A DNA stretch of 64,000 bases from Pirellulales bacterium (lineage in GTDB: Bacteria; Planctomycetota; Planctomycetia; Pirellulales; JANQPP01): contig JANQPP010000026.1 of assembly GCA_028289405.1 (NCBI GenBank), positions 17,501 to 81,500 of the forward strand, read 5' to 3'. Shown here piece by piece: positions 19,047 through 30,849 of this stretch. The notes below the pieces were generated by a model. It did no database searches. It saw only the letters and a list, made by a program, of their open reading frames with translations, and was not told the origin of the DNA. A program made the position numbers and the translations under genes. Within the stretch, counting starts at the first letter, position 1; the number at the start of each line of letters is the position of its first letter.

Positions 19047-21152
19047 ATGCGCTGGGAACCAACACACATCATCAAATTGGCCATGACTTGCTGGCCGGCC
19101 CTGCTGGGTGTGGCCTTGGCCGCCACCACCACTCGAGCCAACGAGGAATCCGAAAAGGCTGCCGCCGTGCCGCTAAAACGGCTCGTTCTCTTCAATTCGG
19201 GCGTCGGCTATTTCGAACATGCCGGCTCCGTGGCGGGCTCGGCTGAAGTGGAATTCCGCTTTCAAACCGAAGACATCAACGATCTGCTCAAAAGCCTCGT
19301 AGTACGGGATCTGGACGGTGGTTCTATCTCCACGGTCAGCTACGCGTCCCGGGACCCCTTAGCCAAGACGTTGAAAGCATTCGCGATTGATTTGACGACC
19401 AATCCTTCGTTGGCCGACCTGTTGGCACAAATTCGGGGAGAACGGGTCGAAGTGGATGCCCCGGAGCGGATCCGTGGCCTGATCATCGGCCTCGAGAAGC
19501 GGACCGTGCAGATTGGCGAGGACCGTTATCAAGAACGAAATATTCTCAACCTGTTGACCGAAGAAGGTTTGCGCGCCATCGCACTGGAGAGCGTGGGAAG
19601 AATTCGCTTGGCCAATCCACGGCTGGACGCGGAATTGCGCCAGGCTTTGGCCACGCTCGCTCTCGGTCATGACAACGAGAAAAAGAGCGTGAAATTGAAC
19701 TTTGCTGGCGAGGGCGAACGTCGAGTGCGGGTCGGTTATGTTCAAGAAACTCCAGTCTGGAAAACCAGCTACCGCTTGGCGCTCGATGAGGATGGCCAGG
19801 CGTGGCTGCAGGGCTGGGCCATCGTGGAGAACACCACGGATCAAGATTGGGAAAACGTCTCCTTGACGCTGATGAGCGGCAGGCCCATCTCCTTCCGCAT
19901 GGACTTGTATCAGCCCTTGTACCTACCTCGTCCTGAAGCGGAGCTGGAGCTTTTCGCCTCCCTCGGGCCGCAAGTCTACAGCGACGATCTCATGATGGAT
20001 CGCGCGGAATTGGTGCTGGAATCACGAGAGGCCTTGCGACGTGGTCGTGAAGAACCCACGGCGGAAGCGGCCGGACGCGGGATACGGGCTTTCGCGGCGC
20101 CTCCCGCTGCCACGGCGGACAGCTTTGCGGGGAAAAACGCAGCGGCTGCCGAATACTTCTCTCAAAGCGTGCGTTCGCTCGCCGAAACGGGGCAAGTGGG
20201 AGAGCTGTTCCAGTATGTCATCCAAACGCCGGTTTCCCTCGCACGTCAAACTTCGGCCATGCTGTCGATCGTCAACGAACCGGTCGAGGTGGAGAAAATT
20301 TCCATTTACAACTCGACGGTACATGCGAAACATCCCCTCAATGGTCTGCGGTTGAAGAATTCCACCACGACCTATCTGATGCAGGGCCCCCTTACCATTT
20401 ACGATTCAGGGGCCTACGCGGGAGACGCGCAGATTCGCGACCTGCCGCCAGGTTCGGATCGGCTGCTCAGTTATGCCATGGATCTCAACATGGAAGTGGC
20501 TCCCACTTCGACAGGCCGCCCGGAACACTTGGTGAGCGTGCGGATCGCCAAGGGAACTCTCCTTACCAAACGCAAATTCACCCGCACGCAAACCTATGCC
20601 GTGAAGAATTCCGGAACCGAATCACGCAAGGTTCTAGTGGAACATCCGTGGGACCGTGCTTGGACGTTGGTCAAGCCCGAGGAACCGAAAGAGCGTACTC
20701 GGGACGTGTACCGATTCTTGGTAGAGGCTTCACCGGATGCCACGGAGGAATTGAAAATCGAGGAAGAGCGCGTGGTCCAGGAGTCGATCGTTCTGACGAA
20801 CCTGGATGATCGACGCATCGCATTTTATTTACAACACGCTTCCGTGGGTGGAGCGATTAAGGCAACCTTAAAACACATCGTGCAGAAGAAGCGGGCAATC
20901 GAGGAAGTGGTGGTTTCGAAGCGAGAACTAGAGAAGCAACTCAAAGAAATTACCGCCGAACAGAACCGCATCCGCGAGAATATGGGCCAACTTGCCCGCG
21001 ATAGCAGCCTCTACCAACGCTACGTGAGCAAATTCGCCGATCAGGAAGATCAAATCGAAGAGCATCGCGCGGAGATCCGCCGCCTCGCGGAACGCGAGCG
21101 AGAACTACGCCGAGACCTGGAAAGCTACCTGATGAATCTCGATATTTCTTGA
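19047..21152 (+). CDS. DUF4139-family secreted protein
   Basis: 'LFNSGVGYFEH', 'INDLLKSL', 'PVWKTSYRL', 'LQGWAIVENTT..DW'; C-terminal coiled coil; start uncertain (18996-19083). Confidence 0.78.
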   Translation: MRWEPTHIIKLAMTCWPALLGVALAATTTRANEESEKAAAVPLKRLVLFNSGVGYFEHAGSVAGSAEVEFRFQTEDINDLLKSLVVRDLDGGSISTVSYASRDPLAKTLKAFAIDLTTNPSLADLLAQIRGERVEVDAPERIRGLIIGLEKRTVQIGEDRYQERNILNLLTEEGLRAIALESVGRIRLANPRLDAELRQALATLALGHDNEKKSVKLNFAGEGERRVRVGYVQETPVWKTSYRLALDEDGQAWLQGWAIVENTTDQDWENVSLTLMSGRPISFRMDLYQPLYLPRPEAELELFASLGPQVYSDDLMMDRAELVLESREALRRGREEPTAEAAGRGIRAFAAPPAATADSFAGKNAAAAEYFSQSVRSLAETGQVGELFQYVIQTPVSLARQTSAMLSIVNEPVEVEKISIYNSTVHAKHPLNGLRLKNSTTTYLMQGPLTIYDSGAYAGDAQIRDLPPGSDRLLSYAMDLNMEVAPTSTGRPEHLVSVRIAKGTLLTKRKFTRTQTYAVKNSGTESRKVLVEHPWDRAWTLVKPEEPKERTRDVYRFLVEASPDATEELKIEEERVVQESIVLTNLDDRRIAFYLQHASVGGAIKATLKHIVQKKRAIEEVVVSKRELEKQLKEITAEQNRIRENMGQLARDSSLYQRYVSKFADQEDQIEEHRAEIRRLAERERELRRDLESYLMNLDIS

Positions 21153-21257
21153 TCGAGGGAGGAATGCCTCGCTCAACATGGATTGGGCTGGCTTCGCGCA
21201 CCTCGCGCGGAGCCAGCCCGGTTTTGTTTCCGCTCGAAGAACAAGACCCAATGCCGG

Positions 21258-22085
21258 TCAGTTTTGATTGGCTTGTGCATCAAGTTTCCGGACTTGGCGG
21301 AATTCGGTGTATTCCACCTGGCGGAAAGTTCCCAAGCATTCGTGGGTCCGGTTGAGGACCTGTTTGTCGACATCCAGAAGCCGCCAGCGGAGTATGTGCC
21401 GGCTACGGACGGTCAAGTCTTCCCCTCCCAGCCACTGCTGGGCGGGAATGTTTAGTTCGACTTCCGTGGGAATGAAATTGTGCTCGCGGAGTGCCGCGTT
21501 AAGTTCCAAGCGAGGGAAGGGCGGGATCGTGCCCGGACGCGTGAAGGCATTCAGCCGGGCATACCAATCCATGAATTGCTGGTAGGCTCCCCAATCGCGG
21601 TCCCGTGGCGCCACTTCTCCCCATGCGGTGTACTTCAACAAAGGGTCCGCAAGCGTAAGAGTCCCTTCATCGTCGTTAAAGGAGACGTCCAAGGTTGGAG
21701 CCGCTGTGAATCGGAGAAATTCATCCTTGGATGCCAGCACGCGCCGGCGGAGAGCTTCGCAGAAGCGTGCGATCTCCTCCATCTTAATGTCCGCGCGTAT
21801 TTCACGCTTGGTATCGAGCAGCACGAAGCGGCGTCGAGCCGGATCGAAGACTGTGATTTCGTGATCGGCCAGCAAATGATCGTAAGTCACGCCCGCCCTG
21901 AAGATGGTCAACGAACGGCTTACTGGTTCCGTCGCTTCGCCCACATAGATCGAACTTTCCACACGGAAGTCTTCTGCTCGCGCTGTCCATGATCCAAGGC
22001 TCAAGAGGAGCGACCCGCCATACAGGAAGTACGGAAGAATTTTTCCCGGAAGACCGGTTCCTGCGTGTTGTCTCATTGCATCCAT
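21258..22085 (-). CDS. Hypothetical secreted protein
   Basis: 275-aa ORF with a signal peptide ending 'TARA|EDF'; fills the gap without overlaps. Confidence 0.7.
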   Translation of the reverse strand: MDAMRQHAGTGLPGKILPYFLYGGSLLLSLGSWTARAEDFRVESSIYVGEATEPVSRSLTIFRAGVTYDHLLADHEITVFDPARRRFVLLDTKREIRADIKMEEIARFCEALRRRVLASKDEFLRFTAAPTLDVSFNDDEGTLTLADPLLKYTAWGEVAPRDRDWGAYQQFMDWYARLNAFTRPGTIPPFPRLELNAALREHNFIPTEVELNIPAQQWLGGEDLTVRSRHILRWRLLDVDKQVLNRTHECLGTFRQVEYTEFRQVRKLDAQANQN

Positions 22086-22218
22086 GCTAGAAAAGCGGTG
22101 AAGGTAGGGTGCTGTTCATCCGTGAGCAGTCGTCCGTGGCGGCAGAATAGGAAGTCCGGGACTGGTTGTAAACTCCGTTTTGGCTGAAATATTTCCCTCG
22201 TGGCCACTTCTTGCCATT

Positions 22219-22250
22219 AAAAAAACCCGCCCTGGAGAAACCAGGGCGGG
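22219..22250 (-). terminator. Rho-independent terminator after the DUF1559 gene
   Basis: Minus strand CCCGCCCTGG-TTTCT-CCAGGGCGGG-TTTTTTT: perfect 10-bp stem plus U7. Confidence 0.88.
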
Positions 22251-22284
22251 CAGGAAGTTCAAACCTTCTGATGTCGAGGAGCAA

Positions 22285-23433
22285 CTACTGCTCAGACACC
22301 GCCTCACGACCGGAGCGAGTCGCCATGGCGTGCCAGACCGGGATATCGATCCCATCCTGGACGAACCGTACGGAGGCGTCGGCCATCGCGGCGACGACAC
22401 CACCCTTGTGGCGGCTACGAGCCAAAGCATAGCTATTGGAATCGTCGCCAGTCCCGCGAGGATTCTCGCACCGCATCACATTGTTCTGCGGAATTGTGGC
22501 AAAACATGCCGACAGATTGTCCAACACTAAAGAGGAATTGGGTGATCCTCGGGCGACGAATGCGGACGCGCCCATCATACCCACCGTCCAGGCACCGCGG
22601 ATGTCCGTGCGGTTGTCCCATCCGAGGATTTCGCTGACAAACAGTGTGTTGGACGTACCGTCGTTCTGCATGTCGCCAATCCGAGTCCCCTTGCCGGAGC
22701 CGGCTTTCCAACGGCCATTGAGCGTGGCATGGCCGTCCGATTGCTGGACATTCCGCCATTTGTCAAGGGTCACGACACCGAAGGCACCTGCGGGACGCTC
22801 ACAGGAGAATTGGCCCGTACCAAAACGCTCCTGAGCACTACGATCCTTGACCTGCAGATAGTTGCTGCAACCCCAATTCGCGGCGTAATTGCCCTTCGCG
22901 ATTCCGATATTGTTCGCGAAACGGAATCCAGTCGCCGGGGCATTGAGACGCTCTTGTTCGCTCATCTGCCGGGCACTGGGACAGATGTAGAAGCTGGGAG
23001 TGGTCAAACCGATTTCCCACTGCCGACCGTTATTATTCGGATTGAGAGCAGCACAATCCTCGGCGGCATTGCTCACGTTGTCCAAACAATCCATCAGGCC
23101 GTCGTACATGGCGGTTTGTTCCAGTTCGGCGAGAATGCCGGCCGCCCAGTTGGGACCTTGGCAGAAGCCACCTTTGCTGCTTCCCGCGCCCGCGACGGCG
23201 AGGTTTTGGGGGTCGATGCAGCTCGGCAGACCGGGGGGAAAGCTCTGGTTGGCATCATGATGCGTGTGCAACGCCAACGCGATCTGCTTCAGATTGTTCG
23301 TACATTGAATACGACGGGCCGACTCGCGCGCCGCCTGCACCGCAGGCAATAGCAGCGCTACCAAAATGCCGATGATGGCAATCACCACCAACAGCTCGAC
23401 GAGGGTAAAACCCTCACGTCTGTGCTTCCTCAT
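22285..23433 (-). CDS. DUF1559 prepilin-type protein (H-X9-DG family)
   Basis: '[43 protein letters not shown]', 'DGTSNT', '[18 protein letters not shown]'; AGGAGG Shine-Dalgarno before ATG 23433. Confidence 0.95.
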   Translation of the reverse strand: MRKHRREGFTLVELLVVIAIIGILVALLLPAVQAARESARRIQCTNNLKQIALALHTHHDANQSFPPGLPSCIDPQNLAVAGAGSSKGGFCQGPNWAAGILAELEQTAMYDGLMDCLDNVSNAAEDCAALNPNNNGRQWEIGLTTPSFYICPSARQMSEQERLNAPATGFRFANNIGIAKGNYAANWGCSNYLQVKDRSAQERFGTGQFSCERPAGAFGVVTLDKWRNVQQSDGHATLNGRWKAGSGKGTRIGDMQNDGTSNTLFVSEILGWDNRTDIRGAWTVGMMGASAFVARGSPNSSLVLDNLSACFATIPQNNVMRCENPRGTGDDSNSYALARSRHKGGVVAAMADASVRFVQDGIDIPVWHAMATRSGREAVSEQ

Positions 23434-23785
23434 GGACACGCCTCCTGAAATAAAGAAAAAATAAAAATGAGAGCCTGCTGGCACTACGCCACAGGAAAAA
23501 GCCGAAAGAAGACCCCGATCAAAGGAAATTCCCGGGGAAAATCGCCCGTGAAAATTGGCGCAAGATTGTCCCCCCTTGCTCGCGGCAGTGTAACAGGCAA
23601 CACATTTCTCGTCAAGTAAAAATGTCGTGGGTTCGGATAACAAGTCTCCCGGTTATATCCGAATTGCAAGCGAGTTCAACCAATTTGCCGCAATTTAGGA
23701 AATTTTTCGTATTTTGCTTTAGGGCTTGCCAGTAAGGCAGTTCTCGCCGGATCGCAGCCGCCCCGTGGCACTTACCACGAGATGC

Positions 23786-24748
23786 CTAAACGGTCCGTCG
23801 CGGGAATCCCAACCGCTTGTCGACCAAGTTTCTTAGCGGTTGGCCTGACAAATAGCGGAGCAAATTGTCGCGAAAAAACTCCGTCATCTGGTCGATGCGA
23901 CGCGCGCTCTGGCCCGCCACATGCGGAGTAATCAGGACTTGCGGCAGGTCCCACAGTGGATGGTCCGGCGGTAAGGGTTCAGGATCGGTCACGTCCAGCA
24001 ATGCCCCTCCGAGGTGGCCATCTCGCAGCACTTGCATCAAGTGCTCCGTCACCACCAAGGGGCCTCGGGCCACGTTGACCAGCAGGGCGCCGGAATTGAG
24101 CTTGGAGAATCTATCGAGGTTCAGCATGCCCCGAGTCTCCGGTGTTAGCGGCGCGGCCAGAATCAGCACATCCAATTCGCCCAACACCTCTTCGAAAGCC
24201 TCCGGCGGAAGCAAATGCTCGACATAGGCGGGTCGGTCAAGTGGGAACAAATCGCAGGCCAGGATGCGCGTTTTGAAGGCTTGCAACACCTCCGCCAAAC
24301 GCCGTCCGACCCCGCCAAACCCCCAAATGCCGATCGTCAAGTGATGCAAATCGCGTGTGGGACGTCGTACGAAGTCGTGTTCCTGCTGCGCTTGCAAAAA
24401 ACGGGGCAGACTCCGTAGCCACGTCGTCAACATGGCCACGGTATGTTCGGCGACCTGGTCGGCCAGAACTCCGGAAGCGCTTGTCACCGCGATTTCCGAT
24501 TTCACCACCGACGGCACAAGGAAATGATCGAGGCCCGCCGCGGAAGACTGGATCCACTTCAGCCGCCCACCTGCGACGACGCGCTCCCAATCCATGGGGA
24601 CTTTGGGATGGCCACAGAAAATATCCGTGTCGTGAATTTCCCTAGCAATTTCTTCCTGTCCGACGGAAACGATCTCCGCCTGGGGCACGGTTTCACTCAA
24701 AAGAGCCACGTGCCGCGCTTCAACCGGATAGCAAAGTACGATACGCAT
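23786..24748 (-). CDS. D-2-hydroxyacid dehydrogenase family protein
   Basis: 'GFGGVG', 'APLTPETRGM', 'NVARG', 'LDVTDPEPLP', 'TPHVAG'. Confidence 0.92.
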   Translation of the reverse strand: MRIVLCYPVEARHVALLSETVPQAEIVSVGQEEIAREIHDTDIFCGHPKVPMDWERVVAGGRLKWIQSSAAGLDHFLVPSVVKSEIAVTSASGVLADQVAEHTVAMLTTWLRSLPRFLQAQQEHDFVRRPTRDLHHLTIGIWGFGGVGRRLAEVLQAFKTRILACDLFPLDRPAYVEHLLPPEAFEEVLGELDVLILAAPLTPETRGMLNLDRFSKLNSGALLVNVARGPLVVTEHLMQVLRDGHLGGALLDVTDPEPLPPDHPLWDLPQVLITPHVAGQSARRIDQMTEFFRDNLLRYLSGQPLRNLVDKRLGFPRRTV

Positions 24749-25081
24749 GGAGGAGTAGATCTTCTCGAAAAAAATTCCAACGGTGGTGTTTCGGCACCTG
24801 CAACTGGAGCCACTTTCGCCGCACGCCTCACGCGCACGGCGTCATGTCCACGGCTTATTTCGCGGCGACGTATGGGCTGGCAAATTGCGGGAGGAATGTG
24901 ACACGCTCGTGCGACACTTTCCGTCCGGCCTTCGAGTTCAAAGCCACGTTACGCTTAGACACGACACGTCGCCCTTGGGTGCAAAAAAATCGGCGCCCAT
25001 TTTCGGCGAGAGGGTCCAAGGCTGGCAAGCGGCGCTTGAGAAGACGATCGGAAGGATAGGCGAAAAGGCCCGCTGCGGGAA

Positions 25082-25732
25082 TTAGTTCGGAGGGACCAAG
25101 CGGCAATAGATTTGGGCCAACATCTGCTGTTCCAGGTGCTCGTCACGACCACGTGGAATCCAACCTCGGCTCGCATTCAGCTCGAGCAGAGGATCGGAGT
25201 AACGGTTCAAGGAATTATCATTGCGGAAGATGGCCGCGCCAGCCGTGGCATGTTCTGGTCGAGGCCGGTCTTCCAGTTCTTTGTTGACCACCACCTGGAC
25301 CCAAAAGCCGCCCTGTCCGGGGACGACGCTTACCGTCGCGGAGCGGCGAATGGTTTGCAGCGTGCTTTCCAATTTTTCGTAGCTGGTCGTGGAGTCACGC
25401 CGCCACGGTTCGAAAAAAGTAGAGCCGAGACTGGGATAGGTATAGAGCACGCCTTCCTCGACGTAGTCTTCGATTCTACGGACTGGCTCTTCCCGCTCGA
25501 TGCGAAAGTAATCGTCCACCACGTCGGCCACATTTTCCCAAACCCATTCATGATCAACCTCCGGCACCCACTGCGGGTTGGCCAAAGGGGGAGCCGGTTT
25601 CTCGAAGATTTTCAGAGATGGCGGCGTGTAATCGACCCACCAATGCTCGCTGGTGCAGCCGCTGGAAAGTAGGGCCAGTACCAGCAGCGTTAGGCTTGGC
25701 TGGGAAATGGATCGAGATGAATGAGGAGACAT
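25082..25732 (-). CDS. Hypothetical lipoprotein
   Basis: Lipobox 'LALLSSG|C'; start re-picked at MSPHSS. Confidence 0.7.
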   Translation of the reverse strand: MSPHSSRSISQPSLTLLVLALLSSGCTSEHWWVDYTPPSLKIFEKPAPPLANPQWVPEVDHEWVWENVADVVDDYFRIEREEPVRRIEDYVEEGVLYTYPSLGSTFFEPWRRDSTTSYEKLESTLQTIRRSATVSVVPGQGGFWVQVVVNKELEDRPRPEHATAGAAIFRNDNSLNRYSDPLLELNASRGWIPRGRDEHLEQQMLAQIYCRLVPPN

Positions 25733-26130
25733 TTCCGCTGCCGTTTGTGGAGAAAGCGGTTTGCGTGCTGCGAATCGTGTCACCACCGCATCGCATGACG
25801 CGGTGGGTCCGCGGCAGGGCGGCAAAAAAACCGGGGCAGTCTCGCGATTCCCGGTCGAAACTGCAAGGCCAGTTAAGACAGCGGATGGGGTAAGCCGTTT
25901 TCCAGGGGACGTCGAGAATATTCGACGACCAACGGTGATGTCAGGTCCGATCTTGACGTGGCGCTTCTAAATCAAGAAAATCCCCGCCCCAATCGAATTT
26001 CGAACACCGCCTCACAGCGTTTTCGTCGCCGCGAGATCGGCCATGTGCCGCTGCTCCAGGCCGAAGCCTTGAACAGGTTCGGTATTTCGCTCTGTGGGCA
26101 ATCATCCTTCTTCCGGGAAAGGGAAACGAC

Positions 26131-27033
26131 GTGCCTCATCGACGATTTCCATTGCGATCGCTTTTGCTTTTCGCCGGTTTCCTGTCCCTACCCCACTGGG
26201 TATCCGCGGAGGATTCCTGTCGATTCCATTATCAGCCCCCGGCGGTGGGAGATCGGGCCGAGCAAGTGCAGCAGTTTCGGCTGAACTTGAACCTCACCAT
26301 CCAGCAGGATGGGCGTGTGCTCGAGGAAGTCCGAGGCAACGTCGAGAATGTGCAAAAAAAACAGGTGGAGTTGATCGGCGTGATGAACGGCGTCACCCGG
26401 CGTGCTCGCGTTCGGTTCGAACAGGCGGAGCGTCGCAGCTTCGAAGAGGGGAAGCAGCCCAACATCCAGCGGTTACCGGTGGAAGGGAAGTCCTATGTGG
26501 CGGCGCGGGAGAATGAACGCCTGTTAATCACCGACGAAAAGGGGCAAGTTCCTCCTCTGGCGGAATATGAAATCGTGGCCCAAAGCATGCAAACGCTGGG
26601 CAAACCCAATCCGCTGTCGTCGTTTTTTCACGGACGGACTGTCAAAGTAGGGCAGACACTGGAGATGCCCACGGAGATGGCCCGCGAACTCTTCGGTTCG
26701 GGAGATTCCGTACACGATGTGGCGGCCTTCGCCCTCACTTTGAAGCGCATCGAAGGCTCGCCGGCGCAGCGGGTCGCGGTCTTCTCCGCGCGGATGCAGG
26801 CCAGCTCACGGTTGGCTGCGGGGATGAAAATGGAAATCTTGGGAGAATTCCGCATGGATCCCACGACGTGCCGCGCGTTGGGGGCGAAGCTTAGCGGGCC
26901 GGTATCCTTTACGCAGCAAGCCGCGGCGACGGGACCGGCGATCGAGATGGAGGGGAAGGGCAACCTCAACGTGGAGATCCAAGCCGCTTATCAGCCGGCT
27001 CGGTTGGCGACGCGGACCGTCCGCCAACGATAG
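26131..27033 (+). CDS. Hypothetical secreted protein
   Basis: 300-aa ORF; signal peptide; beta-rich mature part; GTG start. Confidence 0.7.
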   Translation: MPHRRFPLRSLLLFAGFLSLPHWVSAEDSCRFHYQPPAVGDRAEQVQQFRLNLNLTIQQDGRVLEEVRGNVENVQKKQVELIGVMNGVTRRARVRFEQAERRSFEEGKQPNIQRLPVEGKSYVAARENERLLITDEKGQVPPLAEYEIVAQSMQTLGKPNPLSSFFHGRTVKVGQTLEMPTEMARELFGSGDSVHDVAAFALTLKRIEGSPAQRVAVFSARMQASSRLAAGMKMEILGEFRMDPTTCRALGAKLSGPVSFTQQAAATGPAIEMEGKGNLNVEIQAAYQPARLATRTVRQR

Positions 27034-27043
27034 GCTTGATTAC

Positions 27044-29065
27044 CTACTTGCGCGGGCGTTCTGGAGCCAGTTCGTAACGTCGAATCTTACGGTCGAGCGT
27101 GGAGCGTTCGATCCCCAAAATGCCGGCGGATTGGCTTTTATTCCAGCCAGTCGAGCGAAGCGTCGCCAAAATGTGCATCCGCTCGACTTCCTCCAGGGAC
27201 ATGGGGCGGTATTCGCGTTGCGCCATTGTCCCTTCCGCCGTGTCGCCGGCAGTGCTTAAAGTCGAAAGCGTCAAGTCTTCGACATCAACGTATTCCCCCC
27301 GCGTCAGCACCACGGCTCTTTCCACGACGTTCTTAAGCTCCCTAACATTTCCTGGCCAACGATAGCGGCGCATCTGGTCCATGGCACGGGGAGTAAAGCC
27401 CCGAATCTTCCGGCCGGTTTCCGAATTGAATTTGCGCAGGAAATGGTTCGCCAGTAGGGGAATGTCTTCCGGGCGTTTGCGGAGCGCGGGCACCACGATT
27501 TCCAGCACGTGGAGCCGAAAGTAGAGGTCGCGGCGAAACTTGCCGTTGGTGACGTCTTTCTCCAAATCACGATTCGTGGCGGCGATGACCCGGACGTCGA
27601 CTTTGATCGGCTCACTGCCCCCGACGCGCTCGAAGGCATGCCCTTCGAGGACGCGAAGGAATTTGGCCTGAATGGAGGGGCTCATTTCCCCAATCTCGTC
27701 GAGCATCAGCGTGCCGGTGTGGGCGGCCTCGAATTTGCCGATTTTGCGCTCCGTGGCGCCGGTGAAAGCCCCTTTCTCGTGGCCAAACAGTTCGCTCTCC
27801 AACAGGCTTTCCGAGAGCGCGGCACAGTTGAGACATACAAACGGCTTTTTGGCCCGGGGGCTGGCATAGTGCACGGCACGGGCCACGAGCTCTTTTCCGA
27901 CGCCACTTTCCCCGCGAATGAGCACCGTCGCCCGGCTGGGCGCGGCCCGGGCGATCGCCTGGGAAGCCTGGACCATGAGCGGGCTTTCCCCCACGATTTC
28001 GCTTTGCGCGCCGAGCAATTCGCGGAGTTGGAGATTTTCATCGCGAATTTGATTCAGATTGTCCGCGAGTTCTTGGCGGCGGCTGAAGTTTCTGAGGGCC
28101 ACGGCCAAGGTATCCGCCACCGCGAGGGTAAATTCCAGATCGTCCGGGTCGGGCACGCGATCTTCGCGGGTGGAATAAAGGTGAATCAGGCCGAATGCCT
28201 TACTGGTGCCTTGCCGCACGGGCGCGCAAATCACCGTGGTGGCAGTGATTTCCCCTTTGCTGTCACGGCTGCCCAGGTTGCTATCCCCCATGACGTTGCG
28301 CGCCAGGACCGCTTCTCCTTCACGCAATACCATGTCCGCCAGGAACGTGGAAACGCGATGATACTTGGATTCCGTGTCCGTCCGCGACGCGACGACTTCC
28401 AGCACGGGGCCGTTTTGCTCGGGATTCTTTTGGCGAACCAGCAGCAAAACGGCGCCGGCGTCGATCTGCGTCCCTTCGAACAGCCCGGCCAAAGCCATTT
28501 GAGCCATGGCCATTTCATCGGTGGCTTGGGCCAACTCGAAGGCCAAGCGGCATAAGTTGGCCGCCGCCTTGCCCACGCGAGGTGTTCCCGCCTCTTCGTC
28601 TCCCGCGTTGCGCAAGAACCGTGTATGCCCCCGACGGTGGGTGATCGTGGGCGGGTCCAGAATTTCGGAATCTCCGCCGATGCTGTCCGAAGTCGCGGCG
28701 GATGAGGAACCGTCCTCCGGTTCGGCTTCCTGCGTCCTTGGGGCGCCGGTGTCCACGAACGCCTTCGAGAGATCATGCACGAAGGCTAGCTGGGACTGGC
28801 CGATGCGAATGACGTCGCCCGGCTTGAGTACATAATCTCCACGGACCAGCTTTCCGCCCACTAACGTCCCGTTGCGGCTGTCCAGATCGCGGAGGGTCCA
28901 TTGCCGCCGGGAAAAGAAGATCTCGGCGTGGGTCCGACTGCAACGCTCATCCTTGACGACCAGTTGGTTGGTGGGTGCCCGACCGACCGTGACCGCTTGT
29001 CCGGGGATCAAACGAAAAACATCGGTCCATTTGGATCCTTCGCGGATGACGAGATAGGCTAACAT
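27044..29065 (-). CDS. Sigma-54-dependent enhancer-binding protein, FHA-GAF-AAA+-HTH
   Basis: FHA 'VGR...SRTHA...DLDSRNGT', GAF, '[11 protein letters not shown]', '[15 protein letters not shown]', 'WPGNVREL', Fis HTH. Confidence 0.95.
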   Translation of the reverse strand: MLAYLVIREGSKWTDVFRLIPGQAVTVGRAPTNQLVVKDERCSRTHAEIFFSRRQWTLRDLDSRNGTLVGGKLVRGDYVLKPGDVIRIGQSQLAFVHDLSKAFVDTGAPRTQEAEPEDGSSSAATSDSIGGDSEILDPPTITHRRGHTRFLRNAGDEEAGTPRVGKAAANLCRLAFELAQATDEMAMAQMALAGLFEGTQIDAGAVLLLVRQKNPEQNGPVLEVVASRTDTESKYHRVSTFLADMVLREGEAVLARNVMGDSNLGSRDSKGEITATTVICAPVRQGTSKAFGLIHLYSTREDRVPDPDDLEFTLAVADTLAVALRNFSRRQELADNLNQIRDENLQLRELLGAQSEIVGESPLMVQASQAIARAAPSRATVLIRGESGVGKELVARAVHYASPRAKKPFVCLNCAALSESLLESELFGHEKGAFTGATERKIGKFEAAHTGTLMLDEIGEMSPSIQAKFLRVLEGHAFERVGGSEPIKVDVRVIAATNRDLEKDVTNGKFRRDLYFRLHVLEIVVPALRKRPEDIPLLANHFLRKFNSETGRKIRGFTPRAMDQMRRYRWPGNVRELKNVVERAVVLTRGEYVDVEDLTLSTLSTAGDTAEGTMAQREYRPMSLEEVERMHILATLRSTGWNKSQSAGILGIERSTLDRKIRRYELAPERPRK

Positions 29066-29250
29066 TCGGTGCCTGACGATACGAAACGCCCAGTCGGAAA
29101 GGCGTTAAAGTTCACGAAGCTGCTCTCCTAGGATCGGCCAACTGCCTCTACTTTATCTGCCCCGGGGAGCCGCTCGCAAGACGGGCCGGTCACCGCTAGG
29201 GCGTGCGCCGCCTCGTCCGCCTCGCCTGGCGCAGCGAACCTTTGGACCCG

Positions 29251-30570
29251 TTATTCCCATGCAATTTGCTCCGGATCGAGCAGGGATTGCAAATAATGCA
29301 CCGCCTTCTCGAGTTGGGCATCGGCCTCGAATATGTAAGAGGCGGAAACATCTTCAGGCAAGCGATGGTTGGGCAGCAAATCGCGTTGCCGCCGCAATTC
29401 TCCGAGTTGCCTAAGTCTGTCTTCGTCGAGCGGTACATCAAACCCAGGATCAGGGTGGACTCCCCAAATATCGTCCAACTCCGCGTCATTTACCCGATGA
29501 ATATTGGCGCCGCTCGGACGCCAGTAAGCGGCCGTGGTGAGCCGGAGGAGCGCTTGTCCTCCCTCGATTTCCAGCACCTGTTGGACGGTGCCTTTGCCCC
29601 ATGTCCGTTCCCCCACGACCACGGCCCGGCCATGATCCTGCAAGCACGCCGCGACGATTTCACTGGCGCTGGCACTGGTCGAGTTGACGAGAACGGCCAT
29701 CGGGAGATTGGAAAACGTATCCTTGGGGCCAGCCTCGAAGGACTCCAAGATCTCTCCGGCTCGATTGCGCGTGGTGACGATCGTACCCGATTCCAGGAAT
29801 AGGTCACACGTTTCCACGCCCGCTTCGAGCAGACCTCCGGCATTTCCTCGCAGATCCAAAATCAGCGATCGCGCGTCATGTTCCACCAAGGATTTCAGCG
29901 CATCGCGCAGTTCATCCACGGTATGGCCGCCAAAGAGATGAACCCTTACGTATCCGATGCGGGGATCCGATTCGAGGCGGAAGTCCCAGGAGCCATCGGC
30001 ACGCCGCTGATCTCCCATGACCGAGTCGACCTTGATCATGGTCCGCTGGATCGTCACCTCGCGAGGATCCGGCTCCCCTTCACGGTCGATCGTCAGGACC
30101 ACGGTTTCCCCTTGTTTGCCCCGCATGGCCCGGACGGCGTCGTCAGTGCTCTGAAAATCGCCGGTCGCCTCCCCATCAATCGCCTTGATTACATCTCCTG
30201 GCTCGATCCCCGCGCGATGGGCCGGCGTGCCGACGATCGGGCTGATGACCACGAGGCTGCGAGTGTCGGGGTCGAATCGCATGCGAATTCCCACTCCCGC
30301 GAATTCTTGATCCAAATCTTCATGGAACTGCTGAGCGTTCTGTGGGCTGATGTATCCCGAATACTCGTCCAATTCGCCGAGGACACCCTCCACCGCCGCT
30401 TCATATAGCTTGCGAGAAGAGACCGGGTCCAAGGCGCGTTGTTCGACCAGATCGAGAACTTCCTCGAAGTAGCGCGCGTAAGGGTTCTGAATCGCGCGTT
30501 GGTAGCAAACGAGCGAAATCAGCAAAAATCCCGCGATAAAGAGGCGACTTCGCCGTGGCATGCGGCCCAC
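29251..30570 (-). CDS. S41 family C-terminal processing peptidase (PDZ)
   Basis: 'GVGI' PDZ, 'LDLRGNAGGLL', 'SASASEIVA', 'GERTWGKGTVQ', 'GVHPD'. Confidence 0.93.
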   Translation of the reverse strand: MGRMPRRSRLFIAGFLLISLVCYQRAIQNPYARYFEEVLDLVEQRALDPVSSRKLYEAAVEGVLGELDEYSGYISPQNAQQFHEDLDQEFAGVGIRMRFDPDTRSLVVISPIVGTPAHRAGIEPGDVIKAIDGEATGDFQSTDDAVRAMRGKQGETVVLTIDREGEPDPREVTIQRTMIKVDSVMGDQRRADGSWDFRLESDPRIGYVRVHLFGGHTVDELRDALKSLVEHDARSLILDLRGNAGGLLEAGVETCDLFLESGTIVTTRNRAGEILESFEAGPKDTFSNLPMAVLVNSTSASASEIVAACLQDHGRAVVVGERTWGKGTVQQVLEIEGGQALLRLTTAAYWRPSGANIHRVNDAELDDIWGVHPDPGFDVPLDEDRLRQLGELRRQRDLLPNHRLPEDVSASYIFEADAQLEKAVHYLQSLLDPEQIAWE

Positions 30571-30849
30571 CAGCCCATGTGGAAATTCTCAACCAGCCCT
30601 TATTCCATATTATCCTAGGCGGGAAGCGGCAGCCAGCGGATGCCGCCATCAGAGGCATGTGTCCAAAATAGGCGTTCCGTTCAAATCACAAAGCCGGTTA
30701 GACCACCCTAGGACTGGCAAGCAAATAGATCTATTCGCAAGCGGGAGTCGCTAAATGTCACCGGGACATGTCTCCCTCGGATTTCCGGCTCAGGTTAGCG
30801 GTATTTTGACTATTTGGAGACATGGCTAGCGTAGTGCCTACGACATGCA

